DNA of 29,788 bases from Fimbriimonadales bacterium (GTDB lineage: Bacteria > Armatimonadota > Fimbriimonadia > Fimbriimonadales > GBS-DC). Shown here in pieces: positions 17,199 through 25,550 of this stretch. Made by a program: the position numbers and the translations under genes. Position 1 is the first letter of the stretch; each line of letters begins with the position of its first letter. The notes beneath the pieces are model-generated. The model did not search any database, had not been told where the DNA came from, and saw only the letters and a list, made by a program, of their open reading frames with translations. Location of the stretch: positions 1-29,788 of the forward strand of contig JAOAFW010000296.1 of NCBI GenBank assembly GCA_026416065.1, in the 5' to 3' direction.

Positions 17199-19010
17199 TT
17201 GCGCGACCTGCGCGAGGAAATCCGAGACCGAATTGACCTTGTCGATCTGGTCTCCCAATATGTAAAACTGGAGCGGGCAGGGAAAAACTTCAAAGGACTC
17301 TGCCCGTTCCATACCGAGAAAACCCCTTCCTTCCACGTTAGCCCTGCGCTGAACCGGTTCCACTGCTTTGGCTGCGGCGCGTCGGGCGACGCCTTCGGCT
17401 TTTTGATGCAGATTGAGGGGCTGTCGTTCCGTGAGGCGATGCGACGGTTAGCAGAACGCGCCGGGATTGAGCTGCGCGCCGACTCGCTACCGCAGGAAAC
17501 CCAAGATGAACGTGACCGGCTGCGTAAACTCGTCTATGCTGCGAACTTTTTCTATCGACAGTGCCTCAAGCGTACGCCTTCCGCCCAACAGTATCTCGCC
17601 CAGCGTGGCTTGACGCCCGAAACGATTGAGGCGTTCGAACTGGGCTACGCGCCCGACGGCTGGGACTACCTGCTCAAGTTTTTGCAGAAACACAACTTCA
17701 ACCCACAAGAGGCGGAAGCTGCAGGGCTACTCAAAGCGCGAGAAGACGGCAGTGGCTATTACGACCGATTTCGCAACCGCATCACTTTTCCTATTCACGA
17801 TGCTGCCGGGCGTGTGGTCGCATTCGGCGCGCGCACAATGGGCAACGACGAGCCGAAATATCTCAACAGCCCTGAAACGCCCCTGTTTGAGAAACGCAAC
17901 ACCCTCTACGGCTGGCATCGGGCGCGCGGCGAAATCCTAAAACAGCGTGCTGCAATTATCGTAGAGGGCTATCTGGATTTGATTATGTTGCATCAGTACG
18001 GCTTCACCCATAGTCTCGCGACGCTGGGCACGGCGTTCACCGACGACCACGCAGCACGCTTGAAGCGACTGGCGGAGCGCGTGTACCTGATGTTTGATTC
18101 AGACAGCGCGGGCGTGCGGGCTGCGCTGCGGGCAGGTGAAGTGCTGATGCAAGCGGGTATCCCCACCTTTGTAGTTCACTTACCCGCTGGCGAAGACCCC
18201 GACAGCCTGTTGCGCACGCAAGGTGCGGATGCGTTGCAACGTGCCCTGGATGCTGCTACGCCAGTCGCCCTGTTCGGAATCGAGCAGATTGTGCGGGAAT
18301 TAGCAGACGAGCGCAACCCGATTGATCTGGAGCCAGCTACGAAATCGCTCATGGTGGAGCGCGGGCTGGACTGGGCAGCCAACTTATCCAGCGAGCTGGA
18401 CCGGGTGGCGTGTTTAGAACGGCTCGCGCCCTTGACAGCCGCGTACCTGACCAGCCCTCAAGCCGCGTTGCAGGCACTGCAGCAAGAGCTGCGCCGTCGC
18501 CTGCGCGCGCGCCGACGAAACCGCTCGGCGGAACCGCCTGCCCAAAACGCTCCACAGCCGCCTGATGCGCCGCGCTTATCTATCCCCAAAGCGGTTTTTC
18601 AAGCCGAGAGTGAGACCCTTCGCGCTACCCTTCACCAAGAATCTGCCGCAGTCGCGTTGGAACACTTGCCTGAAATCGAGTGGAAAATTCCGCTGCATGC
18701 ACAGTTAGCCGAACGGTTGCGTGCGTTGCCCAAACCGCCGTGCCACTACGACCCAGGGGAACTACTTCACCAGATTGACGAAGAACCGCTCAAAGACCTG
18801 CTGACCGCGCTCCTGATGCAAGAGTCGCCGCCGATGAACCCCGAATGGGCGCTGGGGTGTATCCAGCGTCTCAAGGAGCATGCCTTGCGACAAAAACGCT
18901 TGCGCCTCGCAACCGAAATCGCTCAGCAGCCCGCTCACGAAGACGCCGAGCGTCAAAACACCGAAAAGTTGCAGGAATACTGGCGCATCCGTGTCGAATC
19001 TATAGATTAA
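17199..19010 (+). CDS. dnaG: DNA primase
   Basis: Zn-binding CPFH..KTPSF and CFGC; PKYLNSPET; TOPRIM VEGYLD and FDSD.AG; TTG start with AAGGAGG SD. Confidence 0.97.
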   Translation: MRDLREEIRDRIDLVDLVSQYVKLERAGKNFKGLCPFHTEKTPSFHVSPALNRFHCFGCGASGDAFGFLMQIEGLSFREAMRRLAERAGIELRADSLPQETQDERDRLRKLVYAANFFYRQCLKRTPSAQQYLAQRGLTPETIEAFELGYAPDGWDYLLKFLQKHNFNPQEAEAAGLLKAREDGSGYYDRFRNRITFPIHDAAGRVVAFGARTMGNDEPKYLNSPETPLFEKRNTLYGWHRARGEILKQRAAIIVEGYLDLIMLHQYGFTHSLATLGTAFTDDHAARLKRLAERVYLMFDSDSAGVRAALRAGEVLMQAGIPTFVVHLPAGEDPDSLLRTQGADALQRALDAATPVALFGIEQIVRELADERNPIDLEPATKSLMVERGLDWAANLSSELDRVACLERLAPLTAAYLTSPQAALQALQQELRRRLRARRRNRSAEPPAQNAPQPPDAPRLSIPKAVFQAESETLRATLHQESAAVALEHLPEIEWKIPLHAQLAERLRALPKPPCHYDPGELLHQIDEEPLKDLLTALLMQESPPMNPEWALGCIQRLKEHALRQKRLRLATEIAQQPAHEDAERQNTEKLQEYWRIRVESID

Positions 19011-19024
19011 ACGGAGGTCTGGTC

Positions 19025-20059
19025 ATGGAACACTGGTTGGAATCGGATGAGTTGCGAGCTTTGATCGAGAGTGGGCGACAACACGGGTACGTGACAATAG
19101 AGGCGCTGCTGGCGCTGATGCCAGGGATGGAGTTGGACCCCGAAGCTGTTGAGACGATACTGGAGTATCTCGAATCGCAGGGGCTGCGGGTACTGAACGA
19201 GGCGGAAGCATCCGAGCGTGAGCTGCGGCAGGCATCCGAACGTGCTGAGCGATTTATCGAGGAGGTCGAACAGGAGATTCTGGAGGACACCGTGCAGTGG
19301 TGGGCACAGCAAGCGGCGCGCGCACCCCTGCTGTCAATGGAACAGGAGCGCGAACTGGCAATCCGTGCCGCCGAAGGCGACGAACGCGCCCGCGAACTGC
19401 TGGTACAGGCGAATCTGCGTTTAGTCATCTCTGTGGCAAAGCACTACACGGGGCGCGGGCTATCGATGATCGACCTGATCCAGGAAGGGAACCTGGGGCT
19501 GATGCGTGCTGTGGCGCAGTTCGATCCCAAACGCGGCAGCCGATTCAGCACCTACGCTACTTGGTGGATTCGACACGCTATTTCCCGCGCGTTGCAGGAG
19601 CAAGCCTCGATGATTCGAGTGCCGCAACACATGTCGAAGGTATTGCAGCAAGTACGCCAGACTGCCGCACTACTGCAACAGGAACTGGGACGCGAGCCAA
19701 CCGTGCATGAGGTGGCGCAACGCGCGAAACTCAATCCAGAACAGGTGCGCGAACTGATGCACGCCGTTGCCAAACCTATTTCTTTGGAAATGCCTATCAA
19801 CGACAGTGAAGGCTCCGTGCTGGGCGACCTCATCGCCGATGAAACCGAAGCCGAATGGGAGCGGGTAGTCGATTGGGAAAGCCTGATGGAACGCTTGAAC
19901 GAGCGAGAGCGCGCTGTTATCCGCCTGCGCTACGGCTTAGCAGGCGAGCCGCCGATGACCCTCGAGGAGGTAGGTAAACGTCTTGGATTGAGTAAAGAGC
20001 GCGTGCGTCAACTGGAATCACGCGCCATTCAAAAAATGCAGGAGGCAGTGCGCGCCTGA
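19025..20059 (+). CDS. Sigma-70 family RNA polymerase sigma factor (RpoD/RpoS-like, divergent), 344 aa
   Basis: Regions 1.1, 1.2, 2 (NLRLVISVAK.Y.GRGL...DLIQEGNLGLMRAV..FD), 3 and 4 (TLEEVG...ERVRQ); GGAGG 7 nt before ATG 19025. Confidence 0.93.
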   Translation: MEHWLESDELRALIESGRQHGYVTIEALLALMPGMELDPEAVETILEYLESQGLRVLNEAEASERELRQASERAERFIEEVEQEILEDTVQWWAQQAARAPLLSMEQERELAIRAAEGDERARELLVQANLRLVISVAKHYTGRGLSMIDLIQEGNLGLMRAVAQFDPKRGSRFSTYATWWIRHAISRALQEQASMIRVPQHMSKVLQQVRQTAALLQQELGREPTVHEVAQRAKLNPEQVRELMHAVAKPISLEMPINDSEGSVLGDLIADETEAEWERVVDWESLMERLNERERAVIRLRYGLAGEPPMTLEEVGKRLGLSKERVRQLESRAIQKMQEAVRA

Positions 20060-20060
20060 G

Positions 20061-20570
20061 ATGCCGTCGGGCAAAGTGCACGACTGGGTGACCATAGGCA
20101 CGGCGCTGGGGGCGATACCGCTGACAGGGATGTACCTGCCCCCGGAAGCGCGTCCACTGGCGTGGCTGGCGATTGCCAGCTATACTTTTTCGGGCATCTG
20201 GCTCTCCAGCGACCTCGATGTGCAATCCAGTGCGTACCGTCGCTGGGGACCGCTGCGCATTGTCTGGTTGCCCTATCAAAAAATCGTGCCGCATCGCAGC
20301 TGGGTCTCGCATGGCTTGGGCGTGGGACCGATTTTGCGCGTGGTGTACCTGATTGGAATGCTGGTGCTACTCACTTATGGGCTGAACTGGATTCTGGCGC
20401 GGATTGGACTGGCACTGCAGGTGGATGCCCATAGCTGGCTGCTCCACGCAACAGACTGGATTTTCATTTACCAGCGCGAGGTGTGGGCGCTGCTGATCGG
20501 ACTGGTGGCAGGCGGCGCGGCGCACTCGCTACTCGACTTCGCGCATACGCGGCTTAAGCGGTGGCTGTGA
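20061..20570 (+). CDS. DUF2227-family putative metal-binding membrane protein
   Basis: MPSG..HD start, SDLD, RWG.LR..W.PY....PHRS..SHG and H...D motifs. Confidence 0.85.
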   Translation: MPSGKVHDWVTIGTALGAIPLTGMYLPPEARPLAWLAIASYTFSGIWLSSDLDVQSSAYRRWGPLRIVWLPYQKIVPHRSWVSHGLGVGPILRVVYLIGMLVLLTYGLNWILARIGLALQVDAHSWLLHATDWIFIYQREVWALLIGLVAGGAAHSLLDFAHTRLKRWL

Positions 20571-21262
20571 TGGACTTGCAACGCTACACCACGATTCGCG
20601 AACTACCCCCCGAAGAACGCCCGCGTGAGAAGCTGGCGCATTGGGGTGCGTCCAGCCTGCGCGAGTACGAACTGCTGGCAATCCTACTGCGCACAGGCAC
20701 GACGCAGATGTCTGCCTTGCAACTGGCGCAGCACCTACTGCAAAAATTCGGGGGCGTGCGCGGCGTGATGCACGCCAGCGTACAGGAACTGGCAAACATC
20801 AAGGGAATGGGGCTGGCGAAAGCGACGCAAATCGCGGCGGCGATGGAACTGGGCAGGCGCGTCGCGCTCAGCCAGTTCCACGAACGGCCTCAGATTCGCT
20901 CCCCCGAAGATGTGTACCAGCTGATGCATATGCAACTGCTGGGCGAACGGCGCGAGCACTTTCTGGCGGTGATGCTGGATGCCAAGAACCGCGTACTGCG
21001 CACTGAGACCGTCTCTATTGGCACCCTGGACAGCAGCCTCGTACATCCACGCGAGGTCTATCGAGTGGTCATCCGCGAGGGCGCAGCCAGCTGGATCGCC
21101 GTGCATAACCACCCCAGCGGCGATCCAACCCCCAGCCCCGAAGACATCGCCATCACCCGACGTCTGAAAGAGGCGGGCGAGCTGCTCGGCGTGGAACTGC
21201 TCGATCACCTCATCCTCGGCGACGGGAACTATACCAGTTTACGCGAGAAGGGCTACCTCTGA
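20570..21262 (+). CDS. radC: RadC (UPF0758; HhH plus JAB domain)
   Basis: ERPREKL, G.G.AKA.QI.A..ELGRR, VHPREV and HNHPSGDP.PS.ED motifs; TGATG overlap with the upstream gene. Confidence 0.95.
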   Translation: MDLQRYTTIRELPPEERPREKLAHWGASSLREYELLAILLRTGTTQMSALQLAQHLLQKFGGVRGVMHASVQELANIKGMGLAKATQIAAAMELGRRVALSQFHERPQIRSPEDVYQLMHMQLLGERREHFLAVMLDAKNRVLRTETVSIGTLDSSLVHPREVYRVVIREGAASWIAVHNHPSGDPTPSPEDIAITRRLKEAGELLGVELLDHLILGDGNYTSLREKGYL

Positions 21263-21273
21263 CGAGCGAAGTG

Positions 21274-21289
21274 TGCTATAATAGAGGCG
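21274..21289 (+). promoter_or_regulatory. Extended -10 promoter TGcTATAAT
   Basis: TG at 21274-21275 and TATAAT at 21277-21282, ahead of the AAGGAG SD. Confidence 0.65.
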
Positions 21290-21309
21290 CGGGAAAGGAG
21301 CCTATGACG

Positions 21310-22650
21310 ATGAGGAGAATAGCAAGTCTGTTTGGATCTTTCGTAGCGACTCTCGCGCTTAGCGTGGCGCAGTCGCCCCAACTGGATTTCTTTACGGAGA
21401 ATGAGGCAAATAACAACATCGCCACCGCACAAGACATCGGAGCGGTGGGTGTAGACGCCAACAACGTGCGGCGTGTGAAAATCGTGCGTGGTCTGATTAA
21501 CCCTGACGGTGATACGGATTTTTACCGCGTGCAGTTAACCCAATCGGGAACTTATTCGTTCCGTGTGGACTGCACGCTCGACTCCGTGTTAACGCTTTAT
21601 AATGTCAGTGGCATCCTGATTGCCGAGAACGATGATGACGAACTCGGCAACAATAACCGTGGCAACCGCGATACCTCGTTCACGAACGCAGATTCGGCAA
21701 TCACAATTTCACTGAGCGCAGGAACCTACTTCGTGCAAGTGCGCTCGATAGCGTCTTCAGGCGTTCTGGCACGGTTTCGCTATACCCTGCGCGTCTTCGA
21801 GGGTAGCACTGCCCCTGACTACGACCCTTATGAGGTGGGGGGCACTAACGAGACTTTCGCCACCGCCACCGAAATAGGCAACCTTGCCGACGACTTCACG
21901 CTCATCCCGAATGCCTTTCTACGCTATCGTCAAACCGACCTGGACCACTACCGTATCGAGATTGGCGCGGGCAACCTCACGGTGTATACTTTCGGTGCGA
22001 CAGATACAATTATCACGGTCTTCGACTCTGCCTTCAATCCACTGCCAAACGGAACCAATGATGACGACTCGCATGACCCGTTCAACCCCTTCACCTCGCG
22101 CGTATCGCTGAGCAATCTGCCCGCTGGGATATACTACATCCGCGTGGAAGGGTTCAGCTACGCAGGCGGACGCGCAGGTGGCTGGTACGATGTGTTGATT
22201 ACGGACTATGCGCCTGTGAGACGCTTCATTTCGGGGCGTGTGAACTTTGCTCGTCAGAACCTCTCTGTTGTGCCGTTCCGGATGCAAATCTTCCAGGCGG
22301 GTACGCAGAATTTGCAGTCGCAGCGCACCTTCAACACGAACAACGCAGGGCAGTTCACTACCTACACCGCAATCATGGGCGGCACGGTGGATATCGCGGT
22401 GCGTGCACCCACCAGCCTGCGCCGCATCGTGCGCGGCGTCTCGCTCAACAGCGATGTATCAGGGCTGGTGTTCGACTTAGTGAACGGCGACCTGAATCAG
22501 GATAACGTGATCGACGACGCCGACCTGCTGCAAGTATTGTTCAACTTCGGTTCCAATAACACACTGGCCGATTTGAACGGCGACGGCATCGTGGACGACG
22601 CGGACCTGCTCACTGTGCTGTTCAACTTCGGCGCGGTGGGTGACAACTAA
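21310..22650 (+). CDS. Secreted protein with two PPC/DVUA0089-like domains and a C-terminal dockerin-like module
   Basis: Signal peptide; two 'E..N...TA..IG...D.D.Y...D.....NDD...L.AG.Y...V' repeats; C-terminal duplicated Ca-binding loop; ATG 21310 is 9 nt from AAGGAG (ATG 21304 is the alternative). Confidence 0.85.
   Translation: MRRIASLFGSFVATLALSVAQSPQLDFFTENEANNNIATAQDIGAVGVDANNVRRVKIVRGLINPDGDTDFYRVQLTQSGTYSFRVDCTLDSVLTLYNVSGILIAENDDDELGNNNRGNRDTSFTNADSAITISLSAGTYFVQVRSIASSGVLARFRYTLRVFEGSTAPDYDPYEVGGTNETFATATEIGNLADDFTLIPNAFLRYRQTDLDHYRIEIGAGNLTVYTFGATDTIITVFDSAFNPLPNGTNDDDSHDPFNPFTSRVSLSNLPAGIYYIRVEGFSYAGGRAGGWYDVLITDYAPVRRFISGRVNFARQNLSVVPFRMQIFQAGTQNLQSQRTFNTNNAGQFTTYTAIMGGTVDIAVRAPTSLRRIVRGVSLNSDVSGLVFDLVNGDLNQDNVIDDADLLQVLFNFGSNNTLADLNGDGIVDDADLLTVLFNFGAVGDN
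22486..22641 (+). repeat. Intragenic duplication (81-nt period) encoding GDLNQDNVIDDADLLQVLFNFG / ADLNGDGIVDDADLLTVLFNFG
   Basis: Near-identical DNA at 22513-22550 and 22594-22631. Confidence 0.9.
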
Positions 22651-22668
22651 GCCCTCAAGGGGTGTGTT

Positions 22669-23760
22669 GTGTTGCTGGCGGTGCAGTTCGGAGCGGGCAA
22701 GATTGGGCGGGGCTTCCTCGCCCAACTCTACGCTCGCTCCGGCTTTGAAACCGTGTTTGTGGAGTCGAGGCTCGAGGTTGTAGAGAGCCTCAACCGCCAT
22801 CGTTCGTGCTGGATTGAGTGGACAGATGGGGGTCGCGAAACCATTGCGCCTGTGTCCGCGATTCACACCGCCGATGTAGACGCTGTTGCCGATGCCTTTG
22901 CTCATGCAGGGTTTGCCTCGACTGCAGTTGGGCTGAACGCCCTGCCGAGCCTGAACCCCCTGATTATTGCGGGATTGCGCCGTCGCGCCTCTGGAAACCC
23001 CAAACCCATTAACCTGTTGCTGGGCGAAAACGCTCTCAACGCCGACGCCGTTCTGCGCGATGCACTGCTTCACACTCTAAACCCCGACGAGCGACCTGTG
23101 CTGAAACTGCTTGGTCTGGTGCGTTGTATCATCGGGCGTCAGGCAGTGGCGGAGCTGCCGGGCGACCCGCCCGGCGTGCGCGTAGACCGCTACAGCAAGC
23201 TGCCTGTGGACGCCGACGCTCTGATAGGCGAGCCGCCTCCCCTTATCGGTTTGCAGCCTGTGCGTCCGTTTGAACTCTATATGCAACGCAAACTCTATCT
23301 GCACAACGGTTTGCACGCACTGATTGCCTATCTGGGAGCGCAGCGTGGCTACCGCACGATTCAGCACGCGCTACAAGACCCCGAAATCCACGCCTTGTTT
23401 GTGCAGGGCGCGAACGCACTCGCGCGCGCGTTCCTCAAGTTGCACCCGTTTGACCCCGCCGAGCATTACGAGACTGTGCAGGACATCCTGCAGCGCATCC
23501 AAGACCCCCACTTAGACGACCCCATCGCCCGCGTCGCTCGCGAGCCACTGCGCAAACTCCGCCCCGACGACCGTCTGGTGGGCGCATACAAATTACTCGT
23601 AGCGCAGGGCGAAGACCCTACCCCGTTTCGGAGGGCAATCCTCGCTGCACTGGCGTACAACGACCCTGCAGACTCTGAATCACAACAGCTGCAGCAAATG
23701 ATTCGTGAGCGCGGCGCAGACGGCGTGTTGCGCGACTGGTGCGGGCTGGAGCGGATTTAG
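22669..23760 (+). CDS. Mannitol-1-phosphate 5-dehydrogenase-like (mannitol dehydrogenase family)
   Basis: AVQFGAGKIGRGFL Rossmann motif; RKLYLHNGLHA.IAYLG; R.PLRKL...DRL. Confidence 0.85.
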   Translation: MLLAVQFGAGKIGRGFLAQLYARSGFETVFVESRLEVVESLNRHRSCWIEWTDGGRETIAPVSAIHTADVDAVADAFAHAGFASTAVGLNALPSLNPLIIAGLRRRASGNPKPINLLLGENALNADAVLRDALLHTLNPDERPVLKLLGLVRCIIGRQAVAELPGDPPGVRVDRYSKLPVDADALIGEPPPLIGLQPVRPFELYMQRKLYLHNGLHALIAYLGAQRGYRTIQHALQDPEIHALFVQGANALARAFLKLHPFDPAEHYETVQDILQRIQDPHLDDPIARVAREPLRKLRPDDRLVGAYKLLVAQGEDPTPFRRAILAALAYNDPADSESQQLQQMIRERGADGVLRDWCGLERI

Positions 23761-24600
23761 CTATTGCACATCCCTGCGCCAGAAAATTGTCACGCCTAAC
23801 AAGAGTGCGACCCCAATGTAGACACCCACATACGCTACATCCAGCGTCTGAACTTCGGGCTTGAGAAAACGCAAGACTTCCTCCGCTGCGAAGGGAGGCG
23901 CGTCGCCCATGCCCGGCGGGAGAATGGTATCCACACGCGCTTGCACCAGTCGCTTTAAAGTCGCCATCGGCAGGACCCATTCCGAAAGCCAAACGAGCTG
24001 CTGAAGCAGTTTCACGTTGAAGAACGCCGCGATGGGGCGTAGAAAATGGTCTGAGAAATACGCAAACGCGCCTGCTGCGACCGTGAACATCGAGGCGATG
24101 GACGCACCCAGAAAGCTGGAAAGCGCGAGCGCAAGCGTGCCGTACAACACGGGGTAAAGCAACACATAGGGCAACGCTTGCCACATCTCCACGCGCGGTT
24201 CGCCCTGGATCGCGACGGAGATCCAGAGCATCGCCGTCCAGAGCGTGGCGTTCGCCGCGCTGAAGAGCATCACGCCGAGCCACTTGCCCAGATATAATTC
24301 CCATCGATGGAGCGGGCGAGGCAGTATCGCCGCCAGATAGCCGCGCTCGATCTCCGCTGTAATCGCGCCCGAGCAAAGCAGAATCGCCAGCACCGCCGAG
24401 AAGAACTTTATAATGTCCACCCCGAACAGCACGGCGAGGTTGACGCCGATTTCGAACTGCCGTTCGTCGCCGCCAAACGCCTCCTTGAACGCGCGCGGCA
24501 GGAATGTCAGCCCATACAACGCGACCAGAATAATCAGCGTACCCAGAAACGCTCGTCGGCGCATCGCCTCTTTGAGCGTCAATGCTACGATTACGCCCAT
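23761..24600 (-). CDS. ABC-2 type transporter permease
   Basis: About six hydrophobic segments; 'I..EIERG....IL.RP..R...YLGK.LG'. Confidence 0.88.
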   Translation of the reverse strand: MGVIVALTLKEAMRRRAFLGTLIILVALYGLTFLPRAFKEAFGGDERQFEIGVNLAVLFGVDIIKFFSAVLAILLCSGAITAEIERGYLAAILPRPLHRWELYLGKWLGVMLFSAANATLWTAMLWISVAIQGEPRVEMWQALPYVLLYPVLYGTLALALSSFLGASIASMFTVAAGAFAYFSDHFLRPIAAFFNVKLLQQLVWLSEWVLPMATLKRLVQARVDTILPPGMGDAPPFAAEEVLRFLKPEVQTLDVAYVGVYIGVALLLGVTIFWRRDVQ

Positions 24601-24602
24601 CG

Positions 24603-25532
24603 CTACTTGCCCTCGCCCTCGACAATTTGGATAAACAGGTCTTCCAGCGTCTCGCGGTGCGCCTGCAGCCCCATTAGTGCGCCACCTGCCTCGACAATCG
24701 CCCGCGCCAAGTCGGGTACAGTGTCCTCATTAGCGACCTCAGCGGTCACCCTGCGCTCATCAATCGGCTGTACCTTATGCGCCACGCGCGCCATCGCTTC
24801 CAGCACCCGCGGCTCGACCTTTTTGAGTTCGATGCTCACAACCGAGCGATTCACCAGCAACTCGTCCAGTGTGCCCTGCTTGACAACGCGCCCCTTGTTG
24901 ATAATCGCCACCTCGTCGCAGCTGCGTTCCACTTCTGACAGCAGGTGCGAGTTTAGAAAGACCGTCTTGCCTCGTTCTTTCAGATATTGCACCACTTCAC
25001 GCACGCGCCGTCGTCCAAGCGGGTCTAAAGCGGAGGTTGGCTCGTCCAGAATCACGAGGTCAGGGTCATGGATTATCGCCTGCGCCAGTCCGATTCGTTG
25101 CTGCATGCCTTTGGAAAACTCGCGGATCTTGCTTTTGCGCCGTTCAGTAAGCCCGACCAGCTCCAGCACCTCGTCGATGCGTTTCTGCAGCTTTGCGCCA
25201 TCCATTTTGGCGAGGCGTCCGTGCATTCGCAGAAACTCCTCTGCGCTCAGGAAATCGTGAAACTGAAATTTTTCGGGCAGAAAGCCCAGCTTGCGTTTGG
25301 CGGCGAGCGCACCTGCGCGATGTTCCAACACGAACGCCTCGCCCGCAGTTGGGTATACATTCCCAATCAGTATCTGGATGGTCGTGGTTTTCCCCGCGCC
25401 GTTGGGTCCGAGGAAACCGAACACCGTTCCTGCTGGCACTTGCAAATTAAGGTTATCGACCGCCACAATCGGCTTACCGCCGAGCAGCGGTCGGAACACT
25501 TTGCGCAGGTTGCGCGTCTCGATTGCCCACAT
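24603..25532 (-). CDS. ABC transporter ATP-binding protein
   Basis: GPNGAGKTT, FSKGMQQR, LVILDEPT and SHLL motifs; start at ATG 25532 (TTG 25535 is the alternative). Confidence 0.95.
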   Translation of the reverse strand: MWAIETRNLRKVFRPLLGGKPIVAVDNLNLQVPAGTVFGFLGPNGAGKTTTIQILIGNVYPTAGEAFVLEHRAGALAAKRKLGFLPEKFQFHDFLSAEEFLRMHGRLAKMDGAKLQKRIDEVLELVGLTERRKSKIREFSKGMQQRIGLAQAIIHDPDLVILDEPTSALDPLGRRRVREVVQYLKERGKTVFLNSHLLSEVERSCDEVAIINKGRVVKQGTLDELLVNRSVVSIELKKVEPRVLEAMARVAHKVQPIDERRVTAEVANEDTVPDLARAIVEAGGALMGLQAHRETLEDLFIQIVEGEGK

Positions 25533-25550
25533 CAAGGCATATTGTACCTG

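Noticed and set aside
20570-21262. radC as a marker of a mobile element or anti-restriction cargo
   Set aside because: It is the full-length chromosomal form with the N-terminal HhH region, coupled to housekeeping genes, with no integrase or att-like repeats nearby
910-21309. Longest-ORF starts in the track (910, 4276, 4937, 7144, 7152, 8087, 9667, 16270, 18845, 20561, 21271)
   Set aside because: They extend into neighbouring genes or promoters; downstream starts are supported by SD sites, stop-start overlaps, -10 boxes or signal peptides
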